The notes under the pieces: model-generated
What the model was told of the DNA's origin: nothing
What the model saw: only the letters and a program-made list of their open reading frames with translations
The model's database searches: none
Source: a virus
Lineage: Duplodnaviria > Caudoviricetes
Virus record (IMG/VR): IMGVR_UViG_3300048849_000020
Span: 1-43,487 of that record
Direction: 5' to 3' (one strand)
DNA: 43,487 bases
Shown here: piece after piece, positions 26,318 to 36,015 of the stretch
Numbering within the stretch: the stretch's first letter is position 1
Layout of the letters: each line of letters begins with the position of its first letter
Made by a program: the position numbers and the translations under genes

Positions 26318-29233
26318 GTGGCAGACAGAAACACCAAGGTTGTTCTGACCGCTCAGGTCGCAGGATACGTGCAGGGGTTCGCGGAGGCTGCAGCCGCGAA
26401 CCGGAAGACCGCCGCATCTGCTGAGGACGCGAAACAGAAGTTTGAGCAGCAGAACCAGGCGATGGAGCAGGTTGGCCGCGGCCTGGTCGTGTTCGGCGCT
26501 GCTGCTGTCGCTGCGGTGGGTATCGCGGTGGCGAAGTACACCGAGTTCGACAAGCAGATGTCTGCCGTGCAGGCGGCGACGCATGAGACCGCCGCGAACA
26601 TGAACTTGCTGCGCGATGCGGCTATCGACGCGGGCGGCGCGACTGCGTTCTCCGCTCAGGAGGCTGCTCGCGGCATTGAAGAGCTCGCGAAGGCGGGCAT
26701 TCAAACAACCGACGTCCTGAACGGCGGACTGAAGGGCTCGCTCGACCTCGCCGCGGCGGGGTCGCTCGATGTTGGCGAAGCAGCAGAGACTGCTGCAACC
26801 GCGATGACGCAGTTCGGCAAGTCCGGTTCGGAAGTTCCCCACATCGCCGACCTTCTCGCTGCCGGTGCCGGCAAGGCTCAGGGGACCGTTCATGATCTCG
26901 GCGAGGCACTTAACCAAGCTGGCTTGGTTGCAAACCAGACGGGTCTCTCGATCGAGGAAACCACTGGCGGGCTGGCGGCATTCGCTAAGGCTGGGCTGAC
27001 TGGTTCCGATGCGGGTACGTCGTTCAAGTCGATGCTGCAGGCGCTGACGCCGAACTCGAAGCAGGCCGCTGATCTGATGGATCAGCTTGGCATCAGCGCG
27101 TACGACTCGCAGGGCAACTTCATCGGCCTCGCGCAGTACGCCGGTGTGTTGCAGGACGCGCTGAAGGGCATGTCTGTTGAGCAGCAGAACGCTGCTCTGA
27201 AGACGATCTTCGGTTCCGACGCTGTGCGTGCTGCGTCGGTCCTGTTCGAGCAGGGCCAGTCGGGCGTGCAGGGGTGGATCGATAAGGTCAACGACTCCGG
27301 GTATGCCGCTGAGACTGCTGCGATCATGCAGGACAACCTGGCTGGTGACCTTGAGAAGCTGGGTGGCGCGTTCGATACAGCCGCGATCAAGGCGGGCGCG
27401 GCTGCCGATGGCACGCTGCGACCCCTCGTGCAGCTGGTCACGAGCATGGTGGATGCGTTCTCGGATGCTCCGCCGATCGTTCAGTCCACCGCTCTGACCC
27501 TTACGGCGATTGCGGGTGCTGCGGCGCTTGCTGCAGGCGGGTTACTGCTGGTGATCCCGAAGGTCGCTGAGTTCAAGCTGGCGCTCGACACACTGCAGGG
27601 GTCATCGATCCCTGCAGTGTCGAAGGGTGTCGAGTCGATGCGTGGCGCGGTAACCCGTTCGGGTGCTGCACTCAAGTCCGTTGCGACGTTCCTCACTGGC
27701 CCGTGGGGTGTCGCGCTTGCCGCGGCAACGCTCGGTGTTGACCTGTTCAGCAAGTACCTCGAGTCGCTGCAGGCGTCGTCGGCCGAGCTGACCAACAGCC
27801 TCAAGACAGCCAAGGACGCGTCCGATGTGTTCGAGACTGCCGCGCAGGGCAAGGGCGTCAAGTATTGGACGGCTGACGTCGCTGGGCAGCTCAAGGATCT
27901 GCCGGCGGTGCTCGACAACATCGAGGAACGTAACAAGAACGTTCTGGCTCGGTTCAACTCCGACTACTTCGGTGCGACTGACGCCATCAAGGACGTTGGC
28001 GAACAGCTCGGTGAGCTCGCCGGCACCGATCTCCCCGCAGCGCAGCATGCGTTCTCGCTGCTCGCTGCGGAGACGGACGGCTCCAAGGGTCAGCTCGAGA
28101 CGCTGCTGAACGCGATGCCTGCCTACAAGGAAGCACTCACGCAGCAGGCAACCGCGCTGGGCGAGTCCGACAGCATGCACAACCTGCTGGCGCTCGCACA
28201 GGAAGACTCGGCCGCTGCTGCCAAGGAGACCGGCGACGCGTACCTGGAAGAGCAGGACAAGGTTGAAGCGCTCACTGATCAGCTGAACCAGTTGCTGGAG
28301 TCGTTCAACGACATCAACGGCGCGAACCAGGATGCTGTTTCGTCGAACGCTGACTACCAGGCTGGTCTTGCTGGTATTTCCGATGAGGTTGACCGGCAGA
28401 AGGAAGCGTACGAAGAGTCGCACAAAACTCTCGACGGCTTCAGGTTGTCGCTGGATCAGAGCACGGAGTCGGGTTCCGCGAACGCGTCGATGCTGTCCGA
28501 TGTGGCCGGTAAGGCGCAGGAGGCGGCCAAGGCGCAGTTCCAGGTGGATTCGTCCACGATGTCGTCTAAGGACGCTGCGGACAAGTACATCGCGACGTTG
28601 CGTGATCAGCGTGCGAAGTTCATCGAGTCTGCTACTGCGGCGGGGTTCAACAAGGCTGAGGTGAAGAAGCTCGCCGATCAGGTGTTCGCTTTGCCGTCGT
28701 CGAAGGACATCAAGATTTTGGCGGAAACGTCGGATGCGCAGAACAAGATCAACAACCTGATTACGTTGAACAATGGGCGCGTGGTTCGCATTTCGGTGCA
28801 GGCTACGAATGACAGTCCGGCGTCTTCGTGGACTGGTGGTGTGACAAAGGCTGATGGTGGCCTTGTCGACTACTACGCGGACGGCGGCATGCGGGAGAAC
28901 CATCTTGCGGAGATTGCGCCTGCGGGTGCATGGCGGGTGTGGGCTGAACCGGAAACTGGCGGGGAGGCGTATATCCCGTTGGCTCCGTCGAAGCGTGCGC
29001 GTTCGTTGGCTGTGTGGGAAGAGACGGGTAAGCGTCTGCAGGCTTTCGCATCGGGTGGGTTCAACATCCCGACAGTGCAGCCGGCGGCACCGTACTTCTC
29101 GATGCCGGCGCAGATGGCTGGATATGACGGGCCGCAGCAGGTGGCGTTCTCGTTCCCGTCTTCTGGCGATCAGCAGAAGGACATGGATCAAGCCATGTTC
29201 ATGTACCGCACGAAGATTCGAGGGGGTCGCTGA
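26318..29233 (+). CDS. Tape measure protein (TP901-type)
   Basis: 971 aa Ala-rich; FDKQMSAVQA, FSAQEAA, GSDAGTSFKSML, DNLAGDLEKL; C-terminal WAEPETGGEAYIPL. Confidence 0.95.
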   Translation: MADRNTKVVLTAQVAGYVQGFAEAAAANRKTAASAEDAKQKFEQQNQAMEQVGRGLVVFGAAAVAAVGIAVAKYTEFDKQMSAVQAATHETAANMNLLRDAAIDAGGATAFSAQEAARGIEELAKAGIQTTDVLNGGLKGSLDLAAAGSLDVGEAAETAATAMTQFGKSGSEVPHIADLLAAGAGKAQGTVHDLGEALNQAGLVANQTGLSIEETTGGLAAFAKAGLTGSDAGTSFKSMLQALTPNSKQAADLMDQLGISAYDSQGNFIGLAQYAGVLQDALKGMSVEQQNAALKTIFGSDAVRAASVLFEQGQSGVQGWIDKVNDSGYAAETAAIMQDNLAGDLEKLGGAFDTAAIKAGAAADGTLRPLVQLVTSMVDAFSDAPPIVQSTALTLTAIAGAAALAAGGLLLVIPKVAEFKLALDTLQGSSIPAVSKGVESMRGAVTRSGAALKSVATFLTGPWGVALAAATLGVDLFSKYLESLQASSAELTNSLKTAKDASDVFETAAQGKGVKYWTADVAGQLKDLPAVLDNIEERNKNVLARFNSDYFGATDAIKDVGEQLGELAGTDLPAAQHAFSLLAAETDGSKGQLETLLNAMPAYKEALTQQATALGESDSMHNLLALAQEDSAAAAKETGDAYLEEQDKVEALTDQLNQLLESFNDINGANQDAVSSNADYQAGLAGISDEVDRQKEAYEESHKTLDGFRLSLDQSTESGSANASMLSDVAGKAQEAAKAQFQVDSSTMSSKDAADKYIATLRDQRAKFIESATAAGFNKAEVKKLADQVFALPSSKDIKILAETSDAQNKINNLITLNNGRVVRISVQATNDSPASSWTGGVTKADGGLVDYYADGGMRENHLAEIAPAGAWRVWAEPETGGEAYIPLAPSKRARSLAVWEETGKRLQAFASGGFNIPTVQPAAPYFSMPAQMAGYDGPQQVAFSFPSSGDQQKDMDQAMFMYRTKIRGGR

Positions 29234-30276
29234 TGCCGGGTTCGTGGTCGCTGCGGTATCCCGGTGTCGATGTGACGTTCGCGGAAGGGTCGGGGGTGAC
29301 GCTGCGGGAGTTTCCCGGAGAGTCATCCCCGACTATCACCGACGAGGACTACCTGAACGTTCGGGTGGATGGTGCGTCGATGGGGGTCGACACGATCGGC
29401 GGGCGGAATATTCCGCTGTCGTTTGCGATCGACGGCCCGACGGAGGCGATCGTTCGCGGCCGTTGGGCGCAGCTGCGTTCCTGGTGGCGAGCGGATGCTG
29501 TTCGTTCTACTCCGGGCGCTCTCGCTGAGCTCGTGTCCGATCAGGGGCGCTCAGCGTTCGGTCGTCCGCGCCGCATCGAACCGACGTTGGCTTGGTATCA
29601 CGATCCGGTGATGACAGTCGAGGCTGACTTCGCGGCGGTCGATGACCTTTGGTACGGCGCGGAGAACAGCCTGCAGGTGCCGTTTGCGTTGTCGCAGTCT
29701 GGCGGGTTTGTGTTCCGTGAGTACGCGGACGGCGATGGGCCGACGTTGGTGGAGGATCCGGCTGGTTCGGGTTTGTTCTCGACTGCTGGCCTGGTTGAGT
29801 CTCCTGCCGGTTCTGGCTTGTACGGACCCGGTGAGCTGGTGGAGTCGCCGTCTGGTTCAGGTTTGTACGCCACCACCTCGAGCGGTGTCGTTCGCGAGGG
29901 GCTGAAGTTTCCTCTGGTGACTCGCGGGTACACGTCGGCGGCGAACACATTCAAGGTTGACGGTGAGGAAGCGACGTGGCCGGTCATCACCATTCAGGGG
30001 CCGATTCTGAATCCGACTGTTGAGGTCGCTGGCCGGTTCAAGTTCTCGGCGGCGATGTCGCTGCTGTTTGACGAGTCGTTGACGATCGATACGCGTCCGG
30101 GACGTCAGACGGTTCTGCGGAATGGTGCGCGTATTGCGTCGCTGACTCGGACTTCTTCGTTGCTGTCGGATGCTTCTCTGCCTCCGGGCTCGTACACGTT
30201 CACTCTTTCTGGTTCTTCTTCTACCGGTTCACCGTCAGCACAGATTCTGTGGCGTTCCGCTTATTCGACCCCTTAG
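29233..30276 (+). CDS. Distal tail (Dit-like) minor tail protein
   Basis: First gene after the tape measure; GRPRRI, WPVITIQGPI.NP, C-terminal WRSAY. Confidence 0.82.
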   Translation: MPGSWSLRYPGVDVTFAEGSGVTLREFPGESSPTITDEDYLNVRVDGASMGVDTIGGRNIPLSFAIDGPTEAIVRGRWAQLRSWWRADAVRSTPGALAELVSDQGRSAFGRPRRIEPTLAWYHDPVMTVEADFAAVDDLWYGAENSLQVPFALSQSGGFVFREYADGDGPTLVEDPAGSGLFSTAGLVESPAGSGLYGPGELVESPSGSGLYATTSSGVVREGLKFPLVTRGYTSAANTFKVDGEEATWPVITIQGPILNPTVEVAGRFKFSAAMSLLFDESLTIDTRPGRQTVLRNGARIASLTRTSSLLSDASLPPGSYTFTLSGSSSTGSPSAQILWRSAYSTP

Positions 30277-30288
30277 GAGGGTTCCGGT

Positions 30289-31263
30289 ATGGCTCTTGAT
30301 GGTGTGCCTTGGGCAATTGGTGGGGACGCGGAGCATGGCCCGAATGTGGCTCGGCAGCTCGCTTACCTGGCTACGAGCGGCAATGAGGGCATTGTTGGCC
30401 CGAACGATTTGAAGGTGTCGGCGTTGGCTGTGCCTGGTGCTGGTGTGCAGGTTGCTGCTGGTGCCGCTTCGGTGCTGAACCGGGTGTCGTCGCAGGAGGC
30501 GTACACGGTGCGTAACCCTGTCGCTGATGCCACGTCGGTGAAGATCGCGGCGACCGGTTCTTCTGCGGGGCGTTCGGATCTGGTCGTCTGCGTTGTCGAC
30601 AACCCGTACGTGGATGGCAACGCGCAGGCTCCGGCCGATGCTGCGAACGGACCGTACAACCGGTTCGCGGTAATTGCTGGTGTGCCGGCGGGTACGACGA
30701 GGCTGCAGGATGTTCCGCAGTATGCGGGCATGTCTGCGATCACGTTGGCTCGGATTGACCTGCCCGCGTCGACGGGGACTGTCACCTCGTCGATGGTGAA
30801 GGATCTGCGGGTCTTGGCGAACCCGCATGAGACGACTTTGGTGAGCGCGAACCTGGGTACGGTGTCGTCGACCCTGAGTGCAACAACGGGAACCCTCTTC
30901 CCGGCGTATCAGCCGTCCGTGCAGGTCCCTAACTGGGCGACGCATGTCCGTGTTGATGTGACCGTTTCGCAGCTGTCAGCGGCGGGCAACTCCACCGGAT
31001 ATTTCAACCTGTCGGTTCGTGACAATGCTGGTGCGACGACGATCATCGACGGCGACCAGATGACGTACAACGTGGACTCGTCTGCGACGTCGACACGGTT
31101 CGTGCACCTCGCTACCTGCTACGGCGACATTCGTGCGTACCAGGGGCAGACGGTGAAGCCGAGCCTGTATGGGCGCAAGTCGGCTGCCGGTCAGGCGAAC
31201 CTGACGTATGACTCGGGTTCGCAGATGGTGTTCCGCACCACGTTCTACGAGCGCATCAGCTGA
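30289..31263 (+). CDS. Minor tail protein
   Basis: VPWAIGG..EH..ARQLAY..EGIVGP.DLKV; RSDLVV.VDNP. Confidence 0.8.
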   Translation: MALDGVPWAIGGDAEHGPNVARQLAYLATSGNEGIVGPNDLKVSALAVPGAGVQVAAGAASVLNRVSSQEAYTVRNPVADATSVKIAATGSSAGRSDLVVCVVDNPYVDGNAQAPADAANGPYNRFAVIAGVPAGTTRLQDVPQYAGMSAITLARIDLPASTGTVTSSMVKDLRVLANPHETTLVSANLGTVSSTLSATTGTLFPAYQPSVQVPNWATHVRVDVTVSQLSAAGNSTGYFNLSVRDNAGATTIIDGDQMTYNVDSSATSTRFVHLATCYGDIRAYQGQTVKPSLYGRKSAAGQANLTYDSGSQMVFRTTFYERIS

Positions 31264-31421
31264 TGACGTTGACGGACCTCCGGGCGCTACTGAAGGCGTC
31301 TGGCTACAAGACAAACGAGCCCGTCGATCGGGTGAGTCTGCGGTACGCGTCGGGTGCTGTCGTCGGCGTGGACGTCATGTTCACGTCGGGCGATGTCGCC
31401 TACTTGCCTGTCAACCCGTAA
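31263..31421 (+). CDS. Small hypothetical protein (52 aa)
   Basis: Read by hand; TGATG overlap; MTLTDLRALLKASGYK... Confidence 0.55.
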   Translation: MTLTDLRALLKASGYKTNEPVDRVSLRYASGAVVGVDVMFTSGDVAYLPVNP

Positions 31422-31436
31422 CGCCTTGGAGGGCTG

Positions 31437-32942
31437 ATGGAACGGTTCATCGTTCAGCGTGCGTTGACGCAGGAGGTGCTGTCGTACGACCTGAAGGGTG
31501 TTGATCGTGGCCCGTTGACTCGGCAGCTGTCTGCTGTGGGATCGATGACGTTGACGGTTGGTGCCGCTCAGGCGACGCAGCTCGCGGACGATGACCTGCC
31601 TGTCTTTCAGGAGTGGGGCACCATCGTCACCCTCGATGATGATGGGCAGATCCGGTTCCGTGGCATCGTCACGGACCTTGATTACGACGGGCCTGATTGG
31701 AAGATCACGGTGTCGTCGATGGGTACGTACCCGTACGGCACCCCGTACGACGGCGACCCGTATTACGGGGCCGAGGTAGACCCGGCGGACATTGTTCGGA
31801 AGCTGTGGGCGCATGTGCAGTCGTTCCCCGATTCCGATCTCAGCGTTTCCGTGGTGGGGACGACGCCGGTCCGTGTGGGGTCGTTTTCCACGCAGCGGCG
31901 CATTGAAGCGGTGGCGTATTACAACGAGAAGGTCGCTGACTACAACGCGGAGAACAAGGAGTTGCAGAGGCTGCGGAAGGTGGTGGCCGCAACACGGAAG
32001 GATGCTGCTGCTGCGCGGACGTCGCGGTCGAACGCGTCGAAGGCGCTGACGGCGGCGAAGAAGTCTCTGACTGCGGCGAAGAAGACGAAGAACCCGCAGA
32101 CGATCGCTGCTGCTCAGTCGCAGGTAAACGCGGCGCAGGCGACGCTCAACGATCGCACTGCTGCGCTGAACGCCATCAACGCGCGTATCAAGAGCCAGCA
32201 GAGCGCTGTCGATGCGCAGTCGATTGTGGTGAAGCTCCGCAAGGAACGTAAGGAAAAGGCTTCAGATCTGAAGAATGAAGCCCAAGCTGCTGAGTCTGCG
32301 GATGGCGGTGCGTACGCACTCGAGTGGTGGGATGCGCCGGACTGTGGGCGCATCATCGATGAGCTCGCGAAGTCGACACCGTTCGACTGGGTGGAAGAGC
32401 ACTTCTGGTCGGGTGATACGCCGATGACTCGCATCCGCATCGTCCACCCTCGTGTTGGGCGGCGGTTGTCGAATGAGGGCGACCCGATCTTCCAGCAGGG
32501 CGTGAACATCAGCGTGCAGTTGCAGCCGCAGACGTCCGGTGATGATTTCGCGAACACTGTGTTTGGTGTGGGCGCTGGTGAGGGTGCTGGTTCGATCCGT
32601 CGGCTGGTGTCGAAGCGCAACGGCCGGCTGCGTCGTGTCGCAACGTTCCAGTCGAAGGACGTGAAGTCGAAGCAGGACATGGGCACGCGGCTGCTGGCTG
32701 AGCTTGCAGCCCGCCAGGAGACGTTGGTGGTGGATCAGATCACGGTACTGAATCATCCGAACAGCCCTCGTGGTTCGTACTCGCTTGGCGACGACATCAA
32801 CGTGCGCGGTTTCGTACCGCATTTCGGACCGTTCGAGCTGTGGCACCGCATCGTGGGGATCAGCGAGAAGCAGGATGGAACCACTGACTTGGACCTGAAG
32901 CGGTCTGATTCGTTCACGTATGGGGCGGGAGTTGAGGAATGA
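31437..32942 (+). CDS. Baseplate hub / Tal-like minor tail protein with coiled-coil insert
   Basis: RQLSAVG, IRFRGIV, DPADIVRKLW.HVQS.P, FANTVFGVGAGEG, YSLGDDI. Confidence 0.8.
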   Translation: MERFIVQRALTQEVLSYDLKGVDRGPLTRQLSAVGSMTLTVGAAQATQLADDDLPVFQEWGTIVTLDDDGQIRFRGIVTDLDYDGPDWKITVSSMGTYPYGTPYDGDPYYGAEVDPADIVRKLWAHVQSFPDSDLSVSVVGTTPVRVGSFSTQRRIEAVAYYNEKVADYNAENKELQRLRKVVAATRKDAAAARTSRSNASKALTAAKKSLTAAKKTKNPQTIAAAQSQVNAAQATLNDRTAALNAINARIKSQQSAVDAQSIVVKLRKERKEKASDLKNEAQAAESADGGAYALEWWDAPDCGRIIDELAKSTPFDWVEEHFWSGDTPMTRIRIVHPRVGRRLSNEGDPIFQQGVNISVQLQPQTSGDDFANTVFGVGAGEGAGSIRRLVSKRNGRLRRVATFQSKDVKSKQDMGTRLLAELAARQETLVVDQITVLNHPNSPRGSYSLGDDINVRGFVPHFGPFELWHRIVGISEKQDGTTDLDLKRSDSFTYGAGVEE

Positions 32943-34444
32943 CCGCACCCGACGAAATGGCGCAGATCATCTTCGACTTGCAGCGCCGCATCAAGATCCT
33001 CGAGTCGTCTGCGCAGATGGCGAACACGACTGTCGGTGGGGCGGAAGCTGTTCCCGTCGGCGATGTGGTTGCTGAGGCTGCGGTAACCAACGTTTCGATG
33101 CCGATCGTGCAGGAAGATGCGGTCGACGGTAACGATGGGGTGTCTGACCTGTCGTCGATGTTCTCTGAGTTCAACGATGATCTGGACGCACGTTTCGAGG
33201 ATGCTGCTGCTGACCTCGCTGACGCTGCAACTGTGCTCGAAATCGCGAACCAGGACATCACGGACGCGTTCGGCCTGCAGATCACTGGGCTATCGGATCG
33301 TATTGACCAGATCGTTGTCGGTGCCGGCGGGACGCTCCTGCTGTACTCGGATGAAGCTCCGACGCCCGATGACAAGGCCCCGGTCGGGTCGACGTGGTGG
33401 ATGATCAACGCTGAGGAGAACATCGTCGGCCAGTGGCAGCAGACCGGCACTGATGATGTGCCGGTGTGGACGCCGCGTGCGATTGAGTCTGAGGTCATCG
33501 CGAACCTCGACGTCGGCAAGTTGACGGCGGGCCAGGCTGCCATCGCTGAGGTTGTGGCGATGCGGATCGCCGCATCGACGGCGAACATCCAGACGGTGAA
33601 CGTGGCGAACCTGTTCGTTACGCAGGACGCCACGATGCAGCAGGCGACCATCAACTACCTGTTCGCGAACGTGGTGCAGGCGAAGAAGATCACCGCCGAC
33701 ATGCTCGACGTGAACAGCCTCAACGGTGTCACGATCACGGGTGCGATCATCAAGTCCGCCGCCACAGGGCAGCGGGCAGAGATCGTGTCCAACCAGATCA
33801 ACTTCTACTCCCCGACAAACGCGTTGGCCGGATTTGTCCGAGGCGTGAACTACTCGTTTGGGTCGGGTACTTACCCGGTAGTCGGGGTCGGCGGAAGCAC
33901 CTACGGGATCACGGCGGGCGGCGGCTTTCCCCAGTGGTCTGGCACCACAGTCGGGCTCTCGGTCAACGGTGACACTGCAGTAAAGCGTGTGTTCCTTGAC
34001 CCGTCTCTAGCGTCCGATGGGTACTTGTGCGGTATCTATGGTTTCCAGCGGGCGAGTAGTACCGATAGCACGCCGGTGCCGATGCCGCTCCTGTACGCGA
34101 AGAACGCAAGTGGTAGCGCATACCCGGACATGTTCATCGAGAACGTCAAGTCCGTTTCAGCTGGGGATTTCATCGGCCCAGACGGGGCGTCAATCGTTTC
34201 GCTGACCGGCACAGCGACATATTCCGGGACGCTCGCCGCCAACAGCTCTGACACGTTGACGGTCGCGTTCCCCACGGGACGGTTCACGAAGGCACCCTTG
34301 GTCAACGCGAACGGTTCGAACTCGCGCGTCACCATCGGTATCAACTCGGTCACGAAGGATGCCGTCACGTTCGCTCTGGGTAACTGGACGTCGGGTGCGA
34401 CCGCCGGTTTCACCGTCTACTACACCGCCGAGCCGCGACCGTAA
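32939..34444 (+). CDS. Minor tail / tail fibre protein
   Basis: N-terminal coiled coil, IANLDVGKLTAG and ITADMLDV repeats, C-terminal VAFPTGRFTKAP domain. Confidence 0.8.
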   Translation: MTAPDEMAQIIFDLQRRIKILESSAQMANTTVGGAEAVPVGDVVAEAAVTNVSMPIVQEDAVDGNDGVSDLSSMFSEFNDDLDARFEDAAADLADAATVLEIANQDITDAFGLQITGLSDRIDQIVVGAGGTLLLYSDEAPTPDDKAPVGSTWWMINAEENIVGQWQQTGTDDVPVWTPRAIESEVIANLDVGKLTAGQAAIAEVVAMRIAASTANIQTVNVANLFVTQDATMQQATINYLFANVVQAKKITADMLDVNSLNGVTITGAIIKSAATGQRAEIVSNQINFYSPTNALAGFVRGVNYSFGSGTYPVVGVGGSTYGITAGGGFPQWSGTTVGLSVNGDTAVKRVFLDPSLASDGYLCGIYGFQRASSTDSTPVPMPLLYAKNASGSAYPDMFIENVKSVSAGDFIGPDGASIVSLTGTATYSGTLAANSSDTLTVAFPTGRFTKAPLVNANGSNSRVTIGINSVTKDAVTFALGNWTSGATAGFTVYYTAEPRP

Positions 34445-34461
34445 AGTCCCCAAATCTCCCT

Positions 34462-34491
34462 AAGCCGAACCGTTTCCACGGTTCGGCTTTC
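34462..34491 (+). terminator. Hairpin between the tail and lysis modules
   Basis: Perfect 12-bp stem AAGCCGAACCGT-TTCC-ACGGTTCGGCTT. Confidence 0.7.
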
Positions 34492-34508
34492 TGCATGAAG
34501 GAGGCCTG

Positions 34509-35213
34509 ATGCCATCCATTGACGTCACGCACGCCCCTGAACGGTTGATGTCCATGTCCGTAGACGGGTACGCGCCAGGCAGGAACAGGCCAGGCAACTG
34601 CGCCCGCTGGGTGTACTTCGCTATCGGCGCGATCCCCAATATCACCCCGTTGCCGTCCGCAATCGCCGCTTGGGAACACGCCCCGCTCAAACACCGCCAC
34701 CCCATCATCGACGGTCAAACCCGCATCCCTCGAGGAATGGTCATCGCACTCGGAGCGACGAACGGGCCGCGGTGGCCTGGTGACAAGAACTGGATGTACG
34801 GCGACGTGTTCATTGCAACCGGCGAGGGGGTCGGCTACGACTCCTACTCCGTCGCAACGGACTCCCTCGCTGGCACCGGTGTCATCGGCCGCATGACCGT
34901 TCGGCAGCGGATCGCGCAAACCGGTCGTCGGCTGCTCGGCTTCCAGTCGTCGTACGGCGGCTGGACCCTCACAAGCGGACACCAGGAAGCGAACCCGCTC
35001 ACTGCCGCGAAGCCCACTCTGCAGGAGGAAACCATGGCATCTCAGCCCGTTGTGTACACGGACGGTAAGCGCTACGTGGGGGGTGATGAGGTCGCTGGCC
35101 TCTTCACCTTCTCGAACACGAAGCAGCTTGCCGCGTGGAACAAGAACAACCCCCTCGTCCGCAAGGTCGACGCGGGGACTATCGACAAGCTCGCACGGAA
35201 GGCGAACGCATGA
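34509..35213 (+). CDS. Putative endolysin (CHAP/NlpC-P60-like cysteine peptidase with small C-terminal domain)
   Basis: First lysis-cassette gene, before the holin; GNCARWV, SAIAAW, PRGMVI, YGDVFIA. Confidence 0.65.
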   Translation: MPSIDVTHAPERLMSMSVDGYAPGRNRPGNCARWVYFAIGAIPNITPLPSAIAAWEHAPLKHRHPIIDGQTRIPRGMVIALGATNGPRWPGDKNWMYGDVFIATGEGVGYDSYSVATDSLAGTGVIGRMTVRQRIAQTGRRLLGFQSSYGGWTLTSGHQEANPLTAAKPTLQEETMASQPVVYTDGKRYVGGDEVAGLFTFSNTKQLAAWNKNNPLVRKVDAGTIDKLARKANA

Positions 35214-35596
35214 GCAACATCGTTGAGGTCTACCGAAAGGCGACCGACGTGTCCTCGAAGATTCAGGCGGCGTTCGCTGGTGGTGTGACAACTGGTGGTG
35301 TGACGAGCATCATCGCCGCCATCAACCCTGACTGGGACGCCCCCACATGGCTTGTCGGCCTGATCACCCTGTTCGGCGCGCTGCTGTTCGGCTACCTGAA
35401 GAAGGAGAAGGTGAACATCGCGACGGTCAAGGCTGACGGCACCGTCATCCAGAACGGCACCGTGGATCTCACTGACCTTCCCGAACTCGAGATGCCGGAC
35501 TGGGTTGCGGCTCAGCTCGACGCTCAGGAGACAGTTGGTGCGGACGAGTCGGAGCAGACTGCGGGTCCCGACGACGAGCCGAAGCACGCCGCCTGA
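35210..35596 (+). CDS. Putative holin
   Basis: Two hydrophobic segments, GYLKKE, acidic tail; follows the endolysin. Confidence 0.75.
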   Translation: MSNIVEVYRKATDVSSKIQAAFAGGVTTGGVTSIIAAINPDWDAPTWLVGLITLFGALLFGYLKKEKVNIATVKADGTVIQNGTVDLTDLPELEMPDWVAAQLDAQETVGADESEQTAGPDDEPKHAA

Positions 35597-35985
35597 TGGG
35601 TTACAACGGGCTGATTGGCCACCCCGACGGCGTGCGGGTCGCGCTCATCGCACCGGGGTTCTTCCACACGGTGACGGCTGCGGAGCTTGAGGCGTTGAAG
35701 CTGCTGCACGGCACCATCAAGCCGGTCACGGCGTCCACGTACGCGTACGCGAAGAGCAGCGCTGTCCCTGACGCTGGCACGTACCCGCAGATCGATGAAC
35801 TGCCGGACCGCATTCCGCTCACTGTGGAGGGCGCGTCGGAGGAATTCATCAACACGATCGCGTCGCAGATCGTGGCGAACACGAACACGGTCGGGTCGCA
35901 GCTCGCCGGTGTCGGTGCAACGTACCGGGACCAGATTCGTACGCACGTCACGGCTGAAGCTGATCGGGTAATCGCAAGCGAGTAG
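35596..35985 (+). CDS. Lysis-cassette hypothetical protein
   Basis: TGATG overlap with the holin; soluble, 129 aa. Confidence 0.7.
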   Translation: MGYNGLIGHPDGVRVALIAPGFFHTVTAAELEALKLLHGTIKPVTASTYAYAKSSAVPDAGTYPQIDELPDRIPLTVEGASEEFINTIASQIVANTNTVGSQLAGVGATYRDQIRTHVTAEADRVIASE

Positions 35986-36015
35986 CCCCACGGGCAAAAC
36001 CGGAAGGGGGCACGT

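Noticed and set aside
27602-29326. 574-aa antisense ORF and other long shadow ORFs (e.g. 38798-40147, 41660-42904, 42145-43323)
   Set aside because: They overlap well-supported genes on the opposite strand, have Arg/Pro-rich non-protein-like composition, and are expected in high-GC DNA
29746-29870. CRISPR-like or DGR repeat
   Set aside because: These are degenerate in-frame coding repeats with no unique spacers, cas genes or reverse transcriptase in the window
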